The notes beneath the pieces were generated by a model. It was given only the letters and a program-made list of their open reading frames with translations, did no database searches and was not told the origin of the DNA. A DNA stretch of 64,000 nt from Eledone cirrhosa (taxonomy: Eukaryota). Positions within the stretch are counted from its first letter, which is position 1. Every line of letters starts with the position of its first letter. Shown here piece by piece: positions 1 through 13,100 of the stretch. The stretch lies in assembly GCA_964016885.1 (NCBI GenBank), contig OZ024741.1, forward strand, positions 56,296,001 to 56,360,000. Reading direction: 5' to 3'. The position numbers were made by a program, and so were the translations under genes.

Positions 1-78
1 AATAATCAATAAAATTTCCTCCAGCCCTCCCTTAAGATATAGTGTAAAGGAGAGCAAAAGAAAAGTTTAATATCTTAC

Positions 79-168
79 CTGCATTAATTCGGCACGGACT
101 GGTTGAATGTGTTCGTAAAGAAATTCTGGCTGTAAGTTGTCAACACACAACTCCAATGTACGAAGACC
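79..168 (-). CDS. TRRAP: TRRAP coding exon 22
   Basis: 90 nt, AG/GTAAG bounded; GLRTLELCVDNLQPEFLYEHIQPVRAELMQ. Confidence 0.95.
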
Positions 169-3100
169 CTGGAATGAAAATAGGTTTAAAAAATCCTAAT
201 TACATGTGCTATGACACAGTACACACAAAACATTATACATATCCAAAACATAGCTTATGGTTGTCCATTGATTTTAATGACCATCTTCTCCAATTGTGAA
301 TTCTATGATCACTGTACATCCTATACCTTAACTCTTAAAATCCTGTAATGATTTATCAGAGAATAACTAAAAATGGGTTTGTTAATTCAAACGTTTGTAG
401 TATCTTTAAGATATTAAGTGTGAATGCGCAGTTTCAGTTACTGGTGATTATGACCTTAACTTCTGAAAAAGTTTTCAGGGTTGTTTCTTCACTCTGATAT
501 ACGATACTGGTTTATTACAGATATTCCAAGAGGATATGTTTCCTATTGTTGTTGTTGCCAGGTCAAAGTGCTCTCATCCAGCAGCCATATGATTGAAGGT
601 GTTCCAACCATGCTCATCACAATAAAATGCACTTGGTAGAGCCTGGGAACGTTTTGTGAGAGGGGTCCCCAGCCCATCTGGGAGGTCAGTAGCCCTGATT
701 GAGTACTGACTAGCAGGGAAAACAAGCATTAATGTTAACATCTGTCAGGATTAATTAAAAAAGAATAAGAAAAACTAATAGTAGGATGTGAAATACTTGC
801 CTGACTAACTAGGGTCTGTGATCCATTCAGAGCTGACACTAAAGGATCCATGAGCATGGGTAGATATGGTAGCAGGGAACTGAGTCGTACAGGTACTGTT
901 AGGCACAGCTCAACAAACAGGTCTTTGATATGTTGTTTATGTAAGCCACTTTGGAGACTGTTCAAACCTGAAAGACAACAAAGAAGACAGAAATATCATA
1001 CATTTTCAGCAACATTCAGTAAGTTTTGATGGATTCTTCTTATACTACAACTGTCCTTTGATAGACTGCTCTTACCTCTACCTTTCAATGAGCTACTCTT
1101 ACCCCTACCCTTTGATCTAGGGTTAAATAACCAAACCAACAATGAGCTAAAAATAACACTCAAATCACAACCTACAATCTTTAAAAAAGGAAGAAAACAG
1201 ACAATGTAGTTCTTGATATACTGTCTGAATAAATGACAGGATGGTCATGGAATGTCTTAAATTATAGGCCTGCAGGATAAGGACAATGAGTTGAACATCA
1301 TCACATCTAATATCCTCACCACTGAGAGAGCTTAAACAAACAAGGGAGCCTTTATGTGGTCATTCAACTTGCTAGAAACAACAATCAAATTTTCTCAAAT
1401 TACACCCTACCATCTTACAAAAATAGATGCTTGAAGATAATCATATGGTCCTGAATTATTTGTACATAGGAAAAAGATTGGATGGCCGTGGCTGGGAATG
1501 TATTGAATCATCATCTGCTTGATGAGGAAAAACCAAGGGCTAAACAATAACAATAACATCACCACCAACATGATGACAACACAAGCCAAATAAGGAGCTT
1601 CTACATGATGATTTCAACCTGCTGAAAACAACAGCCAAATCTCCTTAAATCACATGATTATCATCATTTAAAATCTATTTTTGCATTCTGACATAAAAAA
1701 AAAACATACATGGATAATCATGGTTGGATTGTTCTTGACAATAGGTTTGTTGGATTAGGGCTGACTTGGGGCAAAACAACATTTACTTACCTTGAAGCAA
1801 GTTTGGCAACAACGGCAAAAACTCTTGATAGAGCATGTCATGACTTCCTCCTCCAATGGAGCGGAACAGAGTCCGCAACAAGAGAAAATAGTTGTATGGT
1901 TCTTTAGCAGTCATTGCTAGTGACATGGAACGGTTGACGATGGTATGTAGGTGGGGCTGGAAAAAAAGGAAAACAATAAAAAATGGAGGCTAAGACAAAC
2001 TAATACTACAGCTCTTTAGCATCATTGCTTATTTAATCACTCAAGAAGGACTAGAGATTAAATTGACTATGACATCATTTGAACTCAGAAATTTCTTACA
2101 TTAGTTCATCACAAACTTAAAAGGGAAAAGTACTGTGTATACTAGAATAGAAGCTGATCCCTAGCCCTCCGTTTCATGGCTGAGAAATGGGCAAAAATCC
2201 AAAGCAGCTAATCAACATATTTAGATGCCAAATATAAGCCGACCCCACCCCCATTTTACCATTTATTTTTTGGGGTCACATATTCTTCAGCTTATATTTC
2301 AGTATATATGGTATGTTAAAATAAATTACCTACAGTATGTCACTGACATTTTATTTTATTCATCTCTGTATGTATGAAATGCAAAGTTAACTGTAGTAAG
2401 ATTTGAACTCAACTAAATATCACAACATTTATGCCATTCCCCCATCTTAACCCTTTTGATATCAAACCACTCAAAACTGCCCTGGTTCTACAATACCAAC
2501 TTGTTTATTTTAAAGTGTTTATATTTATCTCAAAACCTTCCATCATAATTTTATGTAAGACTTTTTGTGAAATTAAAATTCAAACACTCAATAAATAATG
2601 AGAAATTTAATTATATTACTAAATCCTTCTAAATTTTAATTTTAAAAATGATTTGCTCTCTCATGATGCTGCTGCCTGTAAGGTAGTCGTATTGGTGAAA
2701 CAAAATGAAAAAAAACAACAAAAAAACAGCCAGTCCACCTTGTAAAGTGATCGTGCTGGTGACATGACAAAAAGCATCCAGTCCACCCTGTAAGGTGGTC
2801 ACGCTGTGACACGATGAAAAGCATCCAATCTACCCTGTTAAGGTGGTTGTGCTAGTGACATGACAAAAAAACGCCCAGTCTACCCTGTAAAGTAGTCGTG
2901 CTTGTGGCATGACAAAGCACTCAGTCCACCTTGTAAAGTGGTCATGCTGGTGACACAACAAAAGGTGCCCAGTCCACCCTTAAGGTGGCCATGTTAGTGA
3001 AATGATGAAAAAGCACCCAGTCCACACTGCGACATGGTTGGCATTAGAAAGGGCATCCAGCCGTAGAAACCAAGCCAAAATACAGATCTGTATGGGCAAG

Positions 3101-6100
3101 ACAAGGTCACTTGACCTGACTTGTGGAAAACTGGACATTAAATGGTGAAGATGATTTGAAAATTATAGACAATATATTTCACTAAAAATATGGTAACAAA
3201 AGGGTTAACAACAACAATAATGGGAACAGCATTAACAATTTGAAAATATAACATACCTTGAGCATCTGCTCATTCTCAGCCGCAAACAGAGAGACGGATC
3301 CAAAAACCAGTTTAAATAATTTCAAATAGAGATTAGATCTCTCAGTGTTTGAAGCTGGAAAACAATTTTAACATGAATACAGAATATAATTTTACTATAT
3401 GTATTTGTGTATTCATATCTCTGTCTAACGTTAAAATTTACACACATTATATAAGTCATATTGCAACAATAAAAAGTTCACTTTCCAGTTACAAGTTCCT
3501 GGGTTTAACCTTACATTTATCCTTGTAAACAGCTATTTCTCTAAGGTTATACATCTAATTCTGTACATCATTTGTATATATAAACTGAACATCGATGTAA
3601 TTATATACTAGAAATACATTATCAAAATGTAATTTTTATCTTTAATCACTTCCACATCAGTAATCAGCATAACCTATAGGGTTTCTCTTATGCAATTCAT
3701 AAATTTATCAAAATCCAAATTTCTCAATTTTTATGTTCATATACCCAGTAATTCTGGTATATTTGGCATAACTATCTTGGACTCCAAAAATTAAATACAT
3801 ACATTATTACTGTCATTAATGACGGTACTGGTTCATTTGTACAAAATAAAACAAGATGTATACCAGAGTAGGTGATACAATATGGGTTGTGTAGCATTCA
3901 TGCTTTTATAAAAATATATATAATATATAATGCTAGTGGAGTAATCAGTTTTTAAAAAAAAGGTATTTTGAAAGGGAGATATACATGTATGTTTGTACAT
4001 GTTATGAAGGTGTAAGTCTTAGTGGTTAGAATGCTCAACTAACATTTGCAAGGTTGTGAGTTCAATTCCTAGTGGTGTCTTGTGTCCTTGAGCAAGACAC
4101 TTTGTTTCATGTTGCTTCAGTCCACTGAGATGGAAATAATGGTGTTGAGGTTTTTTTTTTAAAGGGCGGATATATATGTATGTTTGTATATATATATATA
4201 TATATATATATTGTGGAGATTTGTGGCTTAGTGGTTAGAGTGTTTGACTTGTGATTGCAAGTATGCAAGTTTAATTCCCAGCAGCACTGTGTGCCCTTGA
4301 GCAAGACACATATGATATATATTATATAGTAGGAAAAGAATCTTTAGATTTGGGCATTAGTCCTTCATAGGAAGATAGAATGAGAAAGAAAAGATGAAAT
4401 AGAAAGATATACGAGAGCAAAAAAGGAAAGAACATTTTTTTCAGGAGGAAAATGTGTCACTATTAGACATTTAGAAAAATTTTCCAAAATGGCTGACTAA
4501 CTTTATACTTTTAATCTTGCAAAATATTTATTCCCGTTTTGTTTCTTTATTCACAATTATCTTTTTATTTTTTCTTCTTTTTCATTTTATCTTCCACTGA
4601 AGAACTAATGCCTGAAACACAAAGACTTTTTTCCTACTATATTACATGTTATAATAATGTATCGTCGTTGTTTTGTATTGTTCTCCGGTGTTGTTTTCCT
4701 CTGTTGACATTTCTCATGTATATTATATGTGTGTGTGTATTTATATATATATGGAGGCACATGGCTTAGTGGTTAGAGCATTGGCCTTGCAATCGAAAGG
4801 TTGTGAGTTCAATTCTCAGACCAAGTGATGTGTTGTTTCCTTGAGCAAGACACTTTATTTCACATTGCTCCAGTTTACTCAGCTGTAGAAATGAGATGAT
4901 AGGGACTGGGGTCCATGTCATTCCACTGCAAAGTGGTTGTGGAGGTGCCACAGCAAAAAAGCACCCAGCACTCACTGTAAATGAGGTTGGTGTTAGGAAG
5001 GGCATCCAGCTGTAGAAATCAAGCCAGAATCAGTTCCCGTCCCACCCTTGCAAGCAGGGAAAAGCGGACGTAAAATGAAATGATGATGATGATGATGATA
5101 TATATATATATACAGAGAGAGAGAGATACATACATCCCATTTCTTCCATTCTGGCAAGCAGGAATTCTACCAAAATGGTAGCAAATGTTGCTGAGGTGGC
5201 ATTATTAGCCAGGAAACTGTTGGCTATGATCTGAAAGTAAAATAATATTCTTGTGTAGTCATTTTGTTACTAACGACAATGGATGGTTGCTGAATCTGCG
5301 AGAAACAGCAGCCAAATCTTTCTCAAATTATCCTACATCTTTAAAAAAGGATATATTGGATAATGTGATCCTCTGAACATAGGAAAAAACTGAGATGGTC
5401 ACAGCTTGAATGCCTTTGACCATAGGTCAGCTTGATCAGAACTGATCTGTGACTAAATACAAACATAGGGATATACATGTCAAACATACAGACAACGCAG
5501 ATAGCCACACATCTGTCACAAACACAATAGGTTCAAAACTTCACAGCCTAATACATACAACTGTCTTCATAATTCCCCTAGATAAGTGGTTTTCAATTGT
5601 CCTTTGTCAAAGGACATTTACCTATATTTTAGCCAATCTCAACCACCCTAAATTTAATGACATTAAATAAAACTAAAATTGTTTTAGAGAGAGAATTTAT
5701 CATATATGTGTGTGTATATATATATATATACAGATATATATATATATATATATATATAGAAGTGGTTACACAACAGTTAGTTCACCATACCGAGATGGAT
5801 GCATGTTAGCTTAAACTAAGCTGCTTCAGTGCAGGCTTTTTGACTACAAAGAATAATGTTGGTACAAGTATCATAGTGAGAAAACTTGTGTTGACAAAAT
5901 ATGTGTCCAGAAAATGTTTTGAATTCGGCACATCAGTCACACCCCAAAAAATCCTTTAACCAAACTTCTGGTCCAGAAACACACACACACATAATTTTTA
6001 CAATAATTATCTTACCTGGAGTGCATAATTGTTATGGATGCGGTCAACCATGTACTGAAAATAAAATATGAAACTTATGAAAGGTCACAGAAGTGAATAG

Positions 6101-9100
6101 AAACATTATTATTATAACAGTGCTCTACATATATTCTTCACCTGGTGTTAGATTCAACAGTGTACTCATATGTTTTATAGTAGAGCCCATTCAATCTGTT
6201 TCTGTATGTTCAAACCCAAAGTCAGCCTTGATCAAAGATATACCAGTCATTCTCATTATCTCTTTATAAGATTATCATCATTTAACATTTGTTTTTCCTG
6301 CAAGCAAAAGCTGGACAGTTCTTCACAGACTGAGTTAGTACCGAAGTGGGATAACTACCACAGATGAGCCAAAGGGTTGCATCTTGCTTACAAGACATTT
6401 CCATGTTCTACTGAGTGCATTTTAGGTTATACTTTTGTCAGACATGAACAGTCCCCTTAACTCTTTGTTTCACAGGTTTTCTATAGCTGGATACTCTTAT
6501 CACCAACCACTTTACAGGGTGTACAGGGTGCGTTATCATGTAGATCACTAAAACTAGGGAGATGAGTCTTTCCGACCCTTTGTTTGGCAAACTTTCTATG
6601 GTTGGATGCCTTTCCTATCAGCAATCACTTTGCAGCATGTACTGAGTGCGATGATCACTTACACTACAGATATCACATCATTGACACAACTGAAAGGTTC
6701 TCAGACCTATTTTGGCATGGCGTTATGAAGGACTACATTATTTAACATGTCCTTCTCTTTTTGTGTAGCAGCCATATACAAAAACCTTAGTAAGCTCATA
6801 TGACGGTCGGCTCTGGTGGGTCACATGATTATGGTGACAAGTACAAATGGCTCACTTGATATGGTGTTTGACTGCCAGCTAAGAGATTAGAAGTTTATAT
6901 TCTATTATTAGGAGTATGCTGTATCATTGCAGGGACATTCCACTCTCAAATGTCTCAGTTCATTTAGTTGAAGGGGGATATGGTTAAACTATACTAAAGA
7001 AAGACACATGGGATAATATAGTCATAGCTATACTGTGTCTGAATAAAAGATGAGATGATCAAACTTGTAACAGCTTTGATTATAGACCCATGGATTACGA
7101 GGTCCTAAACTGTAGCTTGTTTAGCTTATATCTAAACCTAATACAACTCTCTGGTGGTTTTAGGAGAGCCTTCTCTACTGTAAATATTCAGACAAGATTT
7201 TTGATTTGAGGACACCTTCCTCTTTTCCTATTACCAATCATGGAGGTCCCGAAAAACACTCATCCTTCTCTGATTAAGGCATAAAAATACAACAAATTGA
7301 CTAACAATGTTAAAGAACCTCTATTCCTTCAATGAATTAAGAGGGTCTTATATGGACATGGATATGTGTACCAAATGTACCTATGATCTTCTCAGGTGAG
7401 CAACTTCATACCAATTAGTCAAACGACTTTTCTTTGAATGGGATCAAACACTTAGAAACAAAACAAAACTTACCTCTATTGTGATAGAAAATATTTCTTT
7501 GAATGTCTGTGGATTCATCATTGTAAACTGTGAAAGAGAAAATATAAAAATAGATAAAGATAAGTTTAAAAGGAGAATGAAGAGAGGGATGCTTTTGAGT
7601 CAAATAGGGGGAAACTCTTAACCCAACATGCTAAACTGATACTGCAGATGGTGGGCACATCAAAAGCAATCACTTCAATTGTTTACAATTTAAATGTTCA
7701 TAATCATCAAAATCATAATTTTATATCTGCTTTTTCATGTTTGCATAAGATGGACAAATCGGTTTTGAGACAGTATTCTATAGTTTGACACCAGCTATTA
7801 TATGGGTTTAGGTATGGTGCATAGTTCTACCAATCTTGATGCACTGAACTGCTGAGCCCTAGGAAATAAATAAGCATTACACACATATCATAATAAACGT
7901 CATTTATTGTCTGTACTTAATCGGAGCTATTGACATTTAAGGTAGGCCAGGGGCTGCATCTCACTTACATACAAAGAACAACAGGTGCATTTCATCAGGC
8001 AAATAGCACTAGAGGGGCTGTTATAAATATATATATTTCTATAGAAATATTTTCTACAAGACTAGAAGTGTTTTATAAGTAAGAAATCATCCAACCGGTT
8101 AGTACTCAAGCAGAGCCTCTGATCTCCAAGTGGGCCCCTGACAAACAATCCCATAATCTACCAAGTGAATTTTATCATGGCACCGTGCTGTAGAAACCAT
8201 GCCAAAAAAAGATTGAGAGGATTCTTTAGTTGTGCCAGGAGCATGACAGCCACTCTAGGTTTGGTGATCTATATAATACACCCAATACACTCCGTAAGGT
8301 GGTTGGTGATAGGAAGGGAATCGAGTATTAGAAAACAAAGTGTCAGACATGACAACCTTCATAGTGTTTGTGATATGCATGATAAATGACCACCCAGTAC
8401 ACTTCTATAAATTGGTTGATGATAGGAAGAGCATGCAACTGTAGAAAACCTGCTAAACAAAAGGACAGGAAGATTTTTCAGCTATGCCATGGACATGACA
8501 TCATCCCAAGTGTTGGTGCTATTATGATGAAATGCTCATGATCTGTGATGACACATCCAGCCCTTGTTAGTAGGGAAAATGGCTGTTAAATGATGATAAA
8601 AGTTGTGTGGCTTAGTGGTTAGAGAGTTGGATTTGCAATCGTGAGGTTGTGAGTTCAATTCTCGGACCAGGTGACGTGCTATGTCCTTGAGCAAAACACT
8701 TTATTTCACATTGCTCTTTCTACCAGGAGTTGCGACTGATAGATATTATCAGCAATGGAAAGACCAATGGAAACATTGTTTCCTTGGTCTGATTTGATGA
8801 GGTCCAGCTCACTCGGCAAGCGAATGAGGTCTGGGATCTTGTTGATCGATCAGAGTGAGATATATATATATACACACACACACAAACATGTAGATAGATA
8901 TGTAGTATAGCATATTACTTACCACACCAGCAAAGTGTTCAAGAACTTCTTTTTCTTCTTTTGTCCTGACACTTTGACCTCTGTAAAAGAAATATCATTT
9001 AGAATAGGGAAGACTGGGGTAGTAGAAACTTCATTAACACAATGGTAGAGAATAATAGGAGAGGGTGATAAGACTGACAGTATGTACATGTGTGATGGAG

Positions 9101-10111
9101 TGTGAGTGGGTATATGTATGAGTGTAAATGACTAAGTCTATATATGTAAGAGTATGTGAATATATGTGAAGGCTGATGGCTCAGTGGTTAGGGTGTTTGG
9201 CTCATGATTGTGACCTTGAGTAAGACACTTCCTTTCATGCTGCTCTAGTCCGCTCAGCTGGCAAAAATGAGTTGTACATGTAATTCAAAGGATCAGCCTT
9301 GTCACACATTGTCATTGAATCTCCCTGAGAACCATGTGTAAGGTACACATGTCTGTGAAATATTCAGCAACTTGAATGTTAATTTTACAAGCAGGCTGTT
9401 TCATTGTCGGAACAACTGTGACACGTTGTCGGCACTGATGTAGGTTCCACATTATATATATATATATAGTAGTAAAGATGCATTTGGATTGCGCTCACAA
9501 GCAGTATGTGAGTCTACATATGAAAGCACATATCTGAAGAGCTTTCGATTCCAGAGTCAGGAACGAACATAATCAATCGTTCCTCAAGCTGATCAGCAGT
9601 GAAAAATATGTAATATGTGATTAAATATGTATATGATGCAACACTGATTCTTTGTTCCCTAATTATTATTATTATATATGTGAAGGTGCATGGCTTAGAG
9701 CATTGGGCTTGCAATCGAAAGGTTGTGAGTTCAATACTCGGACCAGGTGATGTGTTGTTTCCTTGAGCAAGACACTTTATTTCACATTGCTCCAGTTTAC
9801 TCAGCTGTAGAAATGAGATGATAGGACAGGGGTCCCTATCATTCCACTGTAAAGTGGTTGTGGAGGTGTCACGGCAAAAAAACACCCAGCACTCACTGTA
9901 AAGTGGACGTGTAGGCACCACGGAAAAAAAGCACCCAGCACTCACTATAAATGAGGTTGGTGTTAGGAAAGGCATCCAGCTGTAGAAATCAAGCCAAAAT
10001 CTGTTCCCGTATGAGCAAGACAAGATCAGGCGACCGGACACTGCCAACAACAGGACAACCCGTCTAACCCATGCTAGCGTGGAGGAACGGACGTAAAACA
10101 GTGATGATGAT

Positions 10112-10149
<38 letters not shown>

Positions 10150-13100
10150 TGTGTGTGTGCAAGTGAATGTACAAATGTGTGATAAGTGCATGCATGATTG
10201 AATGTGTGTGTAAATGACTAAGTCTATGCCTGTAAAAGTATTTGTTTATATGTATGTCAGTGTAAAATAATAATCATCACTTAACATGTTTTCCAATGAT
10301 GCTGATGATTTACATTGACAAACATATACATACATAGACATAATTATTTACACACACAAAAATATGCCCACACATACTGTCAACCATACATACACACACT
10401 CACACACACATATTGTCAAACTTATCCATCATTATCTGTATGTGAGTGTATGACATGAGAGAGAGGGAGAGAAAAGAAAAACCTAAGTAAATAGGCTAAT
10501 GGGTTACTTACACAGCAGGTCTGACCATGGCCTGTCCTGTAGATGAGAGATTGACTGTGTAAATGTCGAGGGCCTGCAGTGCATAGCGCACGAGGCGGAT
10601 GAAAACCAAGATCTCTTTGGGTAGGAATTGCTTGTTTAAATCTGGTCCTCCTTTGCATGCTATTAAACCCCAGGTTATAGTCTTCACGCCACACACTAAC
10701 GTCTTCACAAGACTTCGGCAATCTGCTACAGAATAGGTTGTGTACTGAGTTGCGGACACTCCAAACCGAGCAGTCTATAGAAGAGAGAGAGAGAGAAATA
10801 GTGATAAATAACTTACAGCATCATATTATGGAAACAACACACAAACTACAATGCTTATTGTCTTTCTATTTTTTCATTAGATTTGTCATATTTAAGCATA
10901 CAATAAGTATGCAATAATAATCATATTTAAGCATACAATAAAAATTAACCAATGTGCTAACCATACACATACATATGTATACACACAAACTCATTTGAAT
11001 TTACAAGCATTAAGGTTACAAGTGTCTGTGGAATACTCAGCCACTTACAATGTCACCTGTAGTAAAGTTTATACATTTATTCAAAGATGAATCTTTTCTC
11101 TATTGTCACTTGAACTCATTTCCTTGTGACACTCAACAGAGATGAAAAGAAAACCATGCAGTATTTGAGTGCAGAGAGCTGGAACAAATACCACAAGGTA
11201 CTTTGTCTTGTGCTCTAGCAAGCCAACACCACACACACATACATGCTCTCTCTCACTGCAGGTGCCATGACTGAAAGCTCTTAGTACACGTAATGTGTTT
11301 GGTGTTAGGAAGAGTATCCAATCCTATGCCTGGCCTCATGACAACCTGTCTAACCCATGCAAGCATGGAAAATAGATGTTAAACAGTGATGATAATGGTA
11401 GTGTTTAAATAGCTCCATTCCTTCTAAATCTGAAGGCCAACAATACCATCATCAAATCTGGGAAGGACCAACAAATCTGTGTAACAATAGCACCATCAAA
11501 GCCATGAAAGACCAACAACAGCAGCAATGTCCAAAGAAACAAACATTTCTCTTACCTTCTCCTCTTTTTCTTTAATTTCCAGTAAAATTGGTTTCACGTC
11601 AACTGTTGTGATTTCTGGAGTCTTTACATCTGGTTTGGCACTATCTGCTGCACACTTCTCTGCATTCAACTGACTTTGTCGACTACAACAGATAAAATAG
11701 GTATGACTAGAATATAGCATTATCTCATGTTTCTTTGAAGTGATTTCAATCCCAGGCTTGGTTGACAGTATCTGAAATGGACCCCTATCCAAGGTTTCAG
11801 GATCCCCATGATTTTAAAATCTTAGGTTAGTTTTCAGCCTGTGTTGAGAAGGGAGGTGGAATGAAGCACAAGGATAGCAACCTCACCTCCATTAATCATA
11901 ATTGCTATAGAAATGACAAATAGATACCTGGCCAGGGAACACACCCATGACAAGGCTTACAACAGTGTGGAAAAGAGATCTTTCAATGCACAATGCTACA
12001 TACAGAGCAAAAGGGACTAAAGAAGAATAAGAAATATATATCTCACACACACACATTTTTTACGAAACATTGTAAACACCCTCTCCCCATTCTCACTAAG
12101 CGTGAATCTTAATAACACTATGTACCATTGACTCCTGTGTTTGTTTGTTTGTCATTTTGAACTATATATATATACTAGCCGAATTACCCATGCCTTGTTG
12201 CGTTTCACACATTTTTTTTGTAAGAAAATGATGATTTATTTTAAATCAGTGATATAATTTATGGAGAAAAACTCTGCATTTCAATATTACTCAATGTAAA
12301 ATGTAATGCATGAAAAATTGGAAAACATTATTTTTTGTAATATATCAAATCAAAATTACATTATTAAATCTTCTTATTTTGTTTCTTGTAAATAATTTTT
12401 TTTTAAATATCAATTCAAAACTTTTGTGAATAGGCATATCTTGTCATTTACCTATGGTTTAAATTTCATATAAATCGAAGGGAAAAAATTTTCAGCAGAG
12501 GTTTTGTGCCCCCGGGGAACCCTTTGATTATAATGAAATATACTTATCCAAGTACCCTGGGCAATGTAGTTTCAGAATATATATATGGTTATGGGGGACT
12601 ATCTCCAAAACGATAAGAGTAGTTCGTGAACAAACAAACAGACAGGAATACAACACTACATATAGATATATATACATACACACACAACACATCTCAGAAA
12701 ATTAGAATACGATACAACAGTTGGATATTTGTTGTCAGCTAACACTTTTCACTAATAATTTCATCTTTAGCTCTCCAACAATACCCAGTGAATCTAACTC
12801 TACACTCTTTGAATGATGTCTGGTACTGGACAAAGGTTTCCATACAATCGCTCATTGGTCAGACGATCTTTCCAAGTGACTTTCAAAGGCACATTTAGCA
12901 TGTGTGTGTAGACTACATCCAAATTTCTTTCCAGTTTTGAGGTAAAGGTTCATGCTGACTAGCCATACAATAGAACAGAGGTAACAGTTGCTTGAAAGAG
13001 GCTCTTTTTCACATTGTCTGGAAGTCTAGATTACCACACTAGAGGTAACTTGTCGATGGCACACTAGGCCTTACCAACATGTGTTTACATTGCTTTCATA

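Noticed and set aside
2720-3060. Regularly spaced ~46 bp repeats resembling a CRISPR array
   Set aside because: The whole unit is repeated and matches the RTE 3' UTR subrepeat.
4760-4825. tRNA-like sequence with A and B boxes
   Set aside because: It runs directly into the SINE core and has many decayed copies, so it is a SINE head rather than a tRNA gene.
5790-5940. Two partial hammerhead-like motifs on the minus strand beside (TA)n
   Set aside because: Both core boxes are mutated and there is no stem I; possibly relics but unsupported.
9514-10191. 225 aa minus-strand ORF
   Set aside because: It is an antisense read-through of a SINE and microsatellite; the same peptide recurs at 4766-5005.
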